Positions 9,972 to 17,862 of a stretch of DNA of 64,000 nt are shown one piece after another. The number at the start of each line of letters is the position of its first letter. Position 1 is the first letter of the stretch. Below the pieces are notes generated by a model. It was not told where the DNA came from and did not search any database. It saw only the letters and a list, made by a program, of their open reading frames with translations. Source of the stretch: an uncultured Alphaproteobacteria bacterium (GTDB taxonomy: Bacteria > Pseudomonadota > Alphaproteobacteria > HIMB59 > GCA-002718135). The stretch spans positions 46,038 through 110,037 of the forward strand of contig CACJEE010000001.1 in assembly GCA_902592345.1 (NCBI GenBank), written 5' to 3'. Made by a program: the position numbers and the translations under genes.

Positions 9972-10003
9972 AAAACCCCCTTGAATTTTAGGGGGTTTTT
10001 TTT
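9972..10003 (+). terminator. rho-independent terminator/attenuator between the SBP and permease genes
   Basis: AAAACCCCC-ttgaatttta-GGGGGTTTT hairpin followed by a T-run, beginning 14 nt after the SBP stop codon. The TTG-initiated ORF start at 9981 runs through it. Confidence 0.7.
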
Positions 10004-10022
10004 ATTAAGAAAAGATAAAATT

Positions 10023-11015
10023 ATGGATTTAATGGAATTATTTACAGGCCCAAGAAAAGGGGCAGTTGCCGACCCTCGTGTTGCAAGATTAAGAATGTAT
10101 TTAAATAATCTTGCTGTTTTTTTTCTAGTTTGTGCAATGTGGATTACTTTATCTTTGGTAACATCTACTTTTGCTACAACAGGTAATATTACAAACGTGC
10201 TTAGACAATCTTCATTATGGTCAATAATAGCAATTGGACAAACAGTTGTCTTGATTACCGCTGGTATAGATTTATCAATTGGATCTGTTGTTGGACTATC
10301 AAGTTGTATAGTAGCTCTTATGTTAAATAAAGGTTATCCAATATCTGTATCTTGTGTATTCACCTGTTTATGTGGTTTAGGTGTAGGGGCCGTTCATGCA
10401 TTTGGAATAACTAAAGGAAAACTTCCTCCTTTTATTATGACACTCGCAGGTTTAACGACTTGGTTTGGAGTTGGTTTATTGATTACTGGAGCAATGCCAA
10501 TTGGCAATTTACCTGCTGATTTCAAAAATTTTTCCAGAGGAGATGTTCTAGGCATTCCAAATCTATTTTTATGTGTAATAGGAGTTATGATTCCAACTTA
10601 TATTATTTTAAATCACACACGTTTGGGTAATCATTTGTACTCAATAGGAAGTAATCGTCCTGGAGCAGAGTTAAATGCTGTGCCTGTTACAAGAACTATA
10701 TTTTTTGCCTACATGTATTCTTCTTTACTTGCATCAATTGTAGGCATTCTAGTTGCAGCAAGGCTTAGTTTAGGTATAGCATCCAATGGGTTTACATGGG
10801 AACTTCAAGCTGTTGCATCTTCAGTTATAGGTGGTACTAGCCTTTTTGGAGCTGTCGGAGGAGTCTTTGGTCCAGTACTTGGTGCAACCGTTCTTTCAAC
10901 AATTAATAATGGTGCTAACCTCTTAAATGTTCAACCTTATTGGCAAAGAATTTTAACAGGTGTAATTATCGTTACAGTTGTATTCTTTGATCAGTTGAAA
11001 AAAAGAGGTAAATAG
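10023..11015 (+). CDS. sugar ABC transporter permease (RbsC/FrcC-like)
   Basis: I moved the start to ATG 10023 (MDLMELFTG...), downstream of the terminator hairpin. Multi-span hydrophobic protein of the ribose/fructose permease type. Confidence 0.85.
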   Translation: MDLMELFTGPRKGAVADPRVARLRMYLNNLAVFFLVCAMWITLSLVTSTFATTGNITNVLRQSSLWSIIAIGQTVVLITAGIDLSIGSVVGLSSCIVALMLNKGYPISVSCVFTCLCGLGVGAVHAFGITKGKLPPFIMTLAGLTTWFGVGLLITGAMPIGNLPADFKNFSRGDVLGIPNLFLCVIGVMIPTYIILNHTRLGNHLYSIGSNRPGAELNAVPVTRTIFFAYMYSSLLASIVGILVAARLSLGIASNGFTWELQAVASSVIGGTSLFGAVGGVFGPVLGATVLSTINNGANLLNVQPYWQRILTGVIIVTVVFFDQLKKRGK

Positions 11016-11018
11016 TAA

Positions 11019-11753
11019 ATGACAGAAATTGTCAATTTATCAAATATTTATAAAAGTTTTGGAGCTGTTCAGGCTCTTATAGATTTTAATTTATCTATAA
11101 ATGAAGGTGAAATAGTTGGTTTGATGGGTGACAATGGAGCTGGAAAATCTACTCTTTTAAAAATATTGGCTGGAAATTTTTTACCAACATCAGGTAATAT
11201 AAATTTTAATGGAGAAGATGTTGTTTTTAATAATCCAAAAGATGCAAGAAAAGCAGGGGTGGAAGTTGTTTATCAGGATCTAGCCTTATGTGATCATTTA
11301 ACTGCTGCTAAAAATATTTATTTGAGTAGAGAGGCAAAAAGATTTGGTTTTTTATTAGATCATAAAAAAATGAATGAGACTTCTCAAAAACTTTTAGATG
11401 AATTAAATTCAAGTGCAAGACCTGGAGATGTCGTTACAGGAATGTCTGGAGGGCAAAGACAGGCAATAGCAATTGCTCGAACAAGATTATCTGAGCCTAA
11501 AATAGTTTTAATGGATGAGCCTACTGCGGCAGTAAGTGTAGCACAAGTTCCTGTAATATTAGATTACATTAGGAGTCTTAAAAAGCAAAATCATTCAGTT
11601 CTTCTAATAAGTCATAGATTACCTGATATTATGGAAGTTTGTGATAGGATTGCAGTTATGCGTCTTGGAGAGAAAGTTTGTGATAAAAATAAATCAGATT
11701 GTAATCCTGAGGAAATAACAGGGTTAATTACTGGTGCAATTAAAAGTGCCTAA
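11019..11753 (+). CDS. sugar ABC transporter ATP-binding protein (single NBD, FrcA-like)
   Basis: Walker A GDNGAGKST, signature MSGGQRQ, Walker B VLMDEPTAA. At 244 aa it has one NBD rather than the duplicated RbsA type. Confidence 0.85.
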   Translation: MTEIVNLSNIYKSFGAVQALIDFNLSINEGEIVGLMGDNGAGKSTLLKILAGNFLPTSGNINFNGEDVVFNNPKDARKAGVEVVYQDLALCDHLTAAKNIYLSREAKRFGFLLDHKKMNETSQKLLDELNSSARPGDVVTGMSGGQRQAIAIARTRLSEPKIVLMDEPTAAVSVAQVPVILDYIRSLKKQNHSVLLISHRLPDIMEVCDRIAVMRLGEKVCDKNKSDCNPEEITGLITGAIKSA

Positions 11754-11786
11754 TTGAAATTTATAATAAAAATATAATTTGAAAAT

Positions 11787-12026
11787 ATGGAAAAAAAAAT
11801 AATCTTACCTAGACTTGGAGAAACAATGGAAATAGGCACTATCTCTAAATGGTTAATAGAAGAAGGTGATGAATTTAAAAGAGGTCAAATTATAGCTGAA
11901 GTAGATAGTGATAAAACTACAGTTGAGTTACCTGCTTTAGAAGATGGAAAACTCACTAAAATACTTTCCAAAGAAGGTGAGGAAATAGAAGTGGGCAGTG
12001 ATATTGCTATTTTTGAGTCAGTCTAG
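11787..12026 (+). CDS. free-standing lipoyl-attachment domain protein
   Basis: 79 aa matching an E2 lipoyl domain end to end (LPRLGETMEIGTISKWL...EVDSDKTTVELPA with the lipoyl-Lys DK motif). There is no linker, E1/E3-binding domain or catalytic domain. The 3' end overlaps the convergent kinase gene by 20 nt. Confidence 0.75.
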   Translation: MEKKIILPRLGETMEIGTISKWLIEEGDEFKRGQIIAEVDSDKTTVELPALEDGKLTKILSKEGEEIEVGSDIAIFESV

Positions 12027-12948
12027 ATTTATTCATTTCTATTTCAGTAGGCGGGTAGCAACCCTCTTTTGTACAACAAATTGCAGCAGCTTTACTGGCA
12101 AATTTTAAACACTCTTCCCACTCATATTTTGTAAGGTTTAATAATTTATTTTTATTTAAATTTTTACTTTTATATAAATAGTTAATTACTGCAGCTTGAT
12201 AAATATCACCAGCACCAACTGTATCTTTTATTTTTACTTTGTATGACTTAATATAAATTCTAAAATTTTGAGTGTATAAGATTGATCCATTTTCTCCCAT
12301 TGTAAATATTATAAAAAGTATATTATTTTTTTTTATCCAGCTTGGAATTATTTTATCTGGATTTTTATTACTATTTATATAATTAAAATCTTCATCGCTT
12401 AATTTTATAATATCTGCTAATTTCAGGAACTCATTAAATCTTTTTAAGAACTTTTGTTTATTTTCTATCAATGATCCGCGAACATTAGGATCAATTGAAA
12501 TTAAAGAATTATTTTTTAAACTTTTAATCATTTTAAAATAAGTTTCAGACCCTGGTTTTAATACAAGAGAAATTGATGAAAAATGTGCAAGCATTATTTT
12601 TTTTAATACAGTACTTTTAAAAGAATAGTTTGTTAAATTTCTATCTGCAGTCTGGTTTGCATAAAAAGCAAATTCAGGTTTTTTTTTATTACTTATAAAA
12701 CCAAGAGTTGTTTTGTCTGAAGTTTTTTGAATTAAATTAGTTTTCACATTATGTTTTTTTAAAAAACTAATAATTTTTTTTCCAAAAAAATCATTCGATA
12801 TTCGTGAAAAAAAATATACTGGAGTTTTCATTGCACCAAGACCTATCGCAGTGTTTAAAGGTGACCCACCTACGCAAGCTTTAAATGACTCAGAGTCTTC
12901 TGAGTTAGGAACAAAATCAATTAAATTTTCACCTGAACAAATTATCAT
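12007..12948 (-). CDS. PfkB-family carbohydrate kinase (fructokinase/ketohexokinase-like)
   Basis: 313 aa with N-terminal GENLIDF...GGSPLNTA and the C-terminal DTVGAGDIY PfkB signature. Confidence 0.8.
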   Translation of the reverse strand: MIICSGENLIDFVPNSEDSESFKACVGGSPLNTAIGLGAMKTPVYFFSRISNDFFGKKIISFLKKHNVKTNLIQKTSDKTTLGFISNKKKPEFAFYANQTADRNLTNYSFKSTVLKKIMLAHFSSISLVLKPGSETYFKMIKSLKNNSLISIDPNVRGSLIENKQKFLKRFNEFLKLADIIKLSDEDFNYINSNKNPDKIIPSWIKKNNILFIIFTMGENGSILYTQNFRIYIKSYKVKIKDTVGAGDIYQAAVINYLYKSKNLNKNKLLNLTKYEWEECLKFASKAAAICCTKEGCYPPTEIEMNKSRLTQK

Positions 12949-13007
12949 AATTTTTTTTAAAGATGTTTGTTTTTAACATAATAACATATATAAAATTATA
13001 ACAAATC

Positions 13008-14018
13008 ATGTCTAATACTTTATTGCCTAAATTATACAAAACTATGAAGAGAATAAGAACTTTCGAAGAGAGAGTCTCTGAGTTATTTATCAAAGGTGAA
13101 TCTGCAGGAACTATGCTTCACCTTTCTATTGGTGAAGAGCTTGGGCCAGCATGTGTTGGAACAGCGATGCAAGAAAATGATACATTCACTACACATCATA
13201 GAGGTCATGGAATTTTTGTTGCTAGAGGAGGTGACCCGAATAGGATGCTAGCTGAAATAGCAGGAAAAAAAGATGGTTATTGTAAAGGCAAAGGTGGCTC
13301 AATGCACATTGCCGATATGACACTAGGTCATTTAGGTGCAAATGCAATTGTTGGGGGAGGAATACCTACTGTTGTTGGTGCTGCTATGAGCTACAAATAT
13401 TTAAAACAAGAGCGTGTTTCAGTTGCATTTTTTGGTGATGGCGCGATGCAACAAGGTATTCTTTATGAAAGTATGAATATGGCCTCACTTTGGAAATTAC
13501 CAGTAGTCTTTTGTTGTATTAATAATCAATACGGAATGGGAACTAAAATTGAAAATGCAGTGGGGGTCAAAGATTTTTCTAAAAGAGCTGAGTCATTTGG
13601 ATTAAATACATTACATATAAATGATTTAGATGTTGAAAGCGCATATCATAAATCGAAAGAAATAATAGACTCTGCAAGAAAATTTAAACCTGGTTTTATT
13701 GAAATAGAGTGTTATAGATTTTATGGTCATGCAAGAATGGACAAAAGTCCATACAGGGATGAATCTGAAGAAAGTGAAAAAAGAAAACTTGATCCTATAT
13801 CTTTTGCTAGTAATCAAATGATAAAAAATAATATTTTAGATGAAGCGGATATTAAAAAAATTGATAATGATATTATGATTGAAATGGATAAAGCTATGGA
13901 ATTTGCAATTAATTCACCAATCAATGAGGAAACAGAAATATTTAAAGATGTTTATAGTGAAAATGATCCTTTGCCAGTAAGCTTAGATGAAAAAATTAAT
14001 AAAATTTTAAACAACTAA
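13008..14018 (+). CDS. TPP-dependent 2-oxoacid/acetoin dehydrogenase E1 alpha subunit
   Basis: 336 aa with TPP motif FFGDGAMQQG...CINNQYGM and the YRFYGHARMD phosphorylation-loop-like segment typical of E1 alpha. Confidence 0.85.
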   Translation: MSNTLLPKLYKTMKRIRTFEERVSELFIKGESAGTMLHLSIGEELGPACVGTAMQENDTFTTHHRGHGIFVARGGDPNRMLAEIAGKKDGYCKGKGGSMHIADMTLGHLGANAIVGGGIPTVVGAAMSYKYLKQERVSVAFFGDGAMQQGILYESMNMASLWKLPVVFCCINNQYGMGTKIENAVGVKDFSKRAESFGLNTLHINDLDVESAYHKSKEIIDSARKFKPGFIEIECYRFYGHARMDKSPYRDESEESEKRKLDPISFASNQMIKNNILDEADIKKIDNDIMIEMDKAMEFAINSPINEETEIFKDVYSENDPLPVSLDEKINKILNN

Positions 14019-14022
14019 AATT

Positions 14023-15021
14023 ATGTCAAATCTTAATCAAAATTATTTTGAAAAAATCACCTATAGAGATGCTTTACGTTTAGCAATGCATGATGCAATG
14101 CAAGAAGATAAAAATATTATAATTATGGGCGAGGATGTAGCTAATTACGGTGGTGCATATGGGGCTACAAAAGATTTGTTAAAATTATTTGGAAAAGAAA
14201 GAGTAATTGATACACCTATTTCAGAACCTGCGATAGTGGGTGCAGCTGTGGGTGCAGCAATGTCTGGTCTACGTCCTGTTGCAGAGTTAATGTATGTAGA
14301 TTTTTTTGGGATGTCCATGGATCAAATTGCTAATCAGCTTGCAAAAATACGATATATGTTTGGTGGACAAATTAGTGCACCAATGGTTTTAAGAACACAG
14401 GGTGGTACCGGGAGATCTGGAGGTGCACAACATTCTCAAAGCCTGGAATCATGGATAATGCATACGCCTGGACTTTTTTTAAGTATGCCAGCAAAACCAA
14501 ATGATGCATATCATTTACTAAGACATGCTCTGAAAATTGATAATCCTACAATATTTATAGAGCACAAACTTTTATATAATACTACAGGTACACTAGATAA
14601 AAATGATATTGGTGCACCATTTGGGAAGGCTAATATTTTAAGAAAAGGAAAAGATGTAAGTATAATTTCATACTCACGAATGATAAATTATGCTGAAAAG
14701 GCTGCTGAAATATTAGAAAAAGAAAATATTAGTGCAGAGGTAATTGATTTACGTACTCTTTATCCTTTGGACAGAGAAACAATTATTACTTCTGTTAATA
14801 AAACAAAAAGAGCTCTTGTCTTAAGTGAGAGTTATTACACTTCCAGTGTCCCAAGTGAAATTACATCAATTATTTTTGAAAATTGTTACAAAGTTTTAAA
14901 AAAACCTGTAATTCGCTATACAGCTGAAGATACACCAGTGCCTGTAGCACCTAATTTAGAAAAAAATTATATACCAACAATAGAAAAAATAGTCGAATAT
15001 ACTAAAAAAGTCTGTAATTAA
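14023..15021 (+). CDS. 2-oxoacid/acetoin dehydrogenase E1 beta subunit
   Basis: 332 aa. Transketolase-like pyrimidine-binding pattern (MGEDVANYGGAYGATKDL...DTPISE) and a C-terminal domain. Starts 4 nt after E1 alpha. Confidence 0.85.
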   Translation: MSNLNQNYFEKITYRDALRLAMHDAMQEDKNIIIMGEDVANYGGAYGATKDLLKLFGKERVIDTPISEPAIVGAAVGAAMSGLRPVAELMYVDFFGMSMDQIANQLAKIRYMFGGQISAPMVLRTQGGTGRSGGAQHSQSLESWIMHTPGLFLSMPAKPNDAYHLLRHALKIDNPTIFIEHKLLYNTTGTLDKNDIGAPFGKANILRKGKDVSIISYSRMINYAEKAAEILEKENISAEVIDLRTLYPLDRETIITSVNKTKRALVLSESYYTSSVPSEITSIIFENCYKVLKKPVIRYTAEDTPVPVAPNLEKNYIPTIEKIVEYTKKVCN

Positions 15022-15045
15022 TATTAAGTTAAATAATTTTATAAT

Positions 15046-15939
15046 ATGAATAAAATATTAAAATTTGATATTTGTGTCTGCGGGTATTCTTTCAAGGATA
15101 CAATTTATGAACTTAATAGTTTCCCAGAAGAAAATTCAAATAAGTCCTATGATGCCGTTGTTTCAAATAAATTTGGTGGTGTATTTAATACATTAAGGGC
15201 TCTTCGTTTTTTAAACAAAAAAATAAAAATTAAAGTGTTAACAATTCTCGGTAAGGACGAAGATGGGAAGCAAGGCTTAAAAGAAATTAAAAAACTTAAT
15301 ATTAATCATAATTCAATAGTTTTTAATAATAGCACAAGTACATCACTTAATATTATAAATAAAAAAAAGAATACAAAAACTTTTATAGTAAGATTTAATT
15401 CAAAAAAAATTCACAATATTAGTAACCTTGAAGATTCTAAATGGGTTCATTTTATGTATTTAGATAATGTTGAGTTTATAAATCAGTTTAAAAAAATTGT
15501 TTTAAATAAAAAAAAAGATCAATTTTTTTCAGCTGATCTCTCTAGAAGAACCATTTCAAAATTAGATTTAAGTAAATATTTAAATAAATTAGATTTTTTA
15601 ATTTGTTCAACAAAAGAATTACCTTCTTTATTTAAATCAAATAGGTGCAATGAATTTAATCAATATTCTATGCAAAAAATTAAAACATTATCAAAAAAAA
15701 TTAAATATATAGTTGTGCATAATAAATTTAAAAGTCTTGGTTTTATTGATGGCACATTAATTGAAGTTAAGAATAATAATCTTGTTAATAATAGAAATAT
15801 AAATATTACAGGGGCTGGAGATACTTTTACCGCAAGTTTAATAAATGACTTTATTACTAATAATATGATTGATAATAAATCAATTTCTGATGCTCATAAA
15901 ATTGCATCTAAATTCTGTATGGGTAAAATCAAAATATAG
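15046..15939 (+). CDS. PfkB-family kinase-like protein (divergent)
   Basis: 297 aa, extremely Asn/Lys/Ile-rich. It retains the GG motif (NKFGGVFNT) and the ITGAGDTFTA signature. Substrate unknown. Confidence 0.6.
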   Translation: MNKILKFDICVCGYSFKDTIYELNSFPEENSNKSYDAVVSNKFGGVFNTLRALRFLNKKIKIKVLTILGKDEDGKQGLKEIKKLNINHNSIVFNNSTSTSLNIINKKKNTKTFIVRFNSKKIHNISNLEDSKWVHFMYLDNVEFINQFKKIVLNKKKDQFFSADLSRRTISKLDLSKYLNKLDFLICSTKELPSLFKSNRCNEFNQYSMQKIKTLSKKIKYIVVHNKFKSLGFIDGTLIEVKNNNLVNNRNINITGAGDTFTASLINDFITNNMIDNKSISDAHKIASKFCMGKIKI

Positions 15940-15995
15940 CAATTATACATATTTTAAATATTGATTTTTTTTTTAATATCTGCTTTTAATAAAAT

Positions 15996-17000
15996 ATGTT
16001 TAACTTTTCTTTAATGGGTGCTGGCAGAATTGGTAAAATGCATGCCAGTATAATAGATGCTCATCCTGATTGTAACTTAAAATATATTTATGATATTAAT
16101 GCTGAATTTGTTAATCAATTAGCAAATAAATATGAAGCTAGTATAGCCTCTTCTCCAGAACAGGCTTTAACAAGTGAAGAAATTGATGCAATTCTAATAG
16201 CCTCAGCAACCCCTACACATACTGAATTTATAACTAAAGGGTCAATGGCAGGAAAAGCAATATTTTGTGAAAAACCAATTGATTTGGATATAAATAAAGT
16301 TGATGAATGTAGAGACGCTATTAAGGGTACAAGTGTTCCTATTCAAATTGGATTTAATCGTCGTTTTGATAGCAGTCATAGTAAACTTCAACAGGCAAAC
16401 ATTAATAATGAAATTGGCAAGCTGGAAATGCTTATTATTACCAGTCGTGATCCAGAACCACCCGGTTTAGATTATTTAAAAGCTGCGGGAGGTTTTTTTA
16501 GAGATACAACTATTCATGATTTTGATTTAGCACGTTTCATATTAGGTGATGACCCAATTATTCAAGTTTCTGCATTTGGCAGTCAATTGATTAGTGAAGA
16601 TGTTAAAAAGGTAAATGATCATGATACTGCTATGTTTATTTTAAAATCTAAAAGTGGGGTTTTAATTCATATAAATAATTCAAGAAGAGCAGTATATGGT
16701 TATGATCAACGTGTAGAAATTTTTGGAAGCAAGGGTATGATGATATCAAATAATCAAACCCCAACCTCTGTTCAAAAATTTTCTGAAAAAAACACAGAGT
16801 CTAAAGATCCAATTCATTACTTCTTTATCGAAAGATATGAGCAAGCCTACAGAGACCAATTTAATGATTTTGTTGAAACTATAAAAAATCATAGTAATCC
16901 AAGTGTCAGTTTTGAAGATGGTCGAAATGCTTTAATTTTAGCTAATGCAGCATACGAGTCATATAATTCTGGAAAAGTAATTGATATTTCATATGACTAA
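15996..17000 (+). CDS. inositol 2-dehydrogenase-like Gfo/Idh/MocA oxidoreductase (IolG/IdhA-like)
   Basis: 334 aa with LMGAGRIGKMH, CEKPID and IQIGFNRRFD motifs. Paralog of the gene at 4642. Confidence 0.75.
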   Translation: MFNFSLMGAGRIGKMHASIIDAHPDCNLKYIYDINAEFVNQLANKYEASIASSPEQALTSEEIDAILIASATPTHTEFITKGSMAGKAIFCEKPIDLDINKVDECRDAIKGTSVPIQIGFNRRFDSSHSKLQQANINNEIGKLEMLIITSRDPEPPGLDYLKAAGGFFRDTTIHDFDLARFILGDDPIIQVSAFGSQLISEDVKKVNDHDTAMFILKSKSGVLIHINNSRRAVYGYDQRVEIFGSKGMMISNNQTPTSVQKFSEKNTESKDPIHYFFIERYEQAYRDQFNDFVETIKNHSNPSVSFEDGRNALILANAAYESYNSGKVIDISYD

Positions 17001-17847
17001 TAAGTATCTTCAAGATTTAAGTACACAATATAAAAATAAAGTTGTTATTGTTACTGGAAGTACTCAAGGAAGTGGTGCTGAAGTTGCAAAATTATTTGCA
17101 CATAGAGGTGCTGAGGCCATAACAATTTGTGGCCGTAATGAACAACAAGGTTTAGAAATAAAATCAGAAATTGAATCTATTGGAAGCAAATGTATTTTTG
17201 TAAAAGCAGATTTAAATGAATCAGAAGAATGTCAAAATATTGTAAAAAAAACAGATAGTGCTTTTGGAAAAATTAATTCTCTAATAAATGTTGCTGGTTT
17301 TACTGAAAGGGGCACTATTTTAAGTACTACACTAGATAACTATAATAGAAATTTTAATATCAATACAAGAGCACCATTTTTATTAATGCAAGATTCAATA
17401 AAAATAATGATAAGAGAAAAAATCCAAGGAACAATTTTGAATGTATTATCTATGGCTATGTATAGTGGAATGCCTTTTTTAACTGCGTACAGTGGATCTA
17501 AAGCAGCTCTTGCAATTATAACTAAAAATGTAGCGAACGGTGTTGCAGGACATAAAATTAGAGTTAATGCATTAAATATAGGCTGGACCGATACACCAGG
17601 GGAAGATACTATTCAGAGAAAATTTCATGAAGGTGGAGATGATTGGCTTAAAAAAGCAGAAGCTAAAGTTCCTTTCAAAAGATTAACAAAACCAATTGAT
17701 GTTGCAAGAGCAGCAGCTTATTTTTGCTCTGAAGAGTCAGGACTTGTTACGGGGAGTGTTATTGATTATGATCAAACTGTTAATGGCTGGCACTCGTATT
17801 CAGCTTATGATACTTCTATTTTGGATGACTCTTTACTTGGAGAATAA
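16993..17847 (+). CDS. short-chain dehydrogenase/reductase (SDR)
   Basis: I take ATG 16993 (MTNKYLQ...), which overlaps the upstream stop by 8 nt. TGSTQGSGA glycine motif and YSGSKAA catalytic motif. Confidence 0.8.
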   Translation: MTNKYLQDLSTQYKNKVVIVTGSTQGSGAEVAKLFAHRGAEAITICGRNEQQGLEIKSEIESIGSKCIFVKADLNESEECQNIVKKTDSAFGKINSLINVAGFTERGTILSTTLDNYNRNFNINTRAPFLLMQDSIKIMIREKIQGTILNVLSMAMYSGMPFLTAYSGSKAALAIITKNVANGVAGHKIRVNALNIGWTDTPGEDTIQRKFHEGGDDWLKKAEAKVPFKRLTKPIDVARAAAYFCSEESGLVTGSVIDYDQTVNGWHSYSAYDTSILDDSLLGE

Positions 17848-17862
17848 TTAATTAAAATTTAC

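Noticed and set aside
9981-10022. TTG-initiated 5' extension of the sugar permease
   Set aside because: It would be translated through the stem of a strong terminator hairpin. ATG 10023 is the more plausible start.
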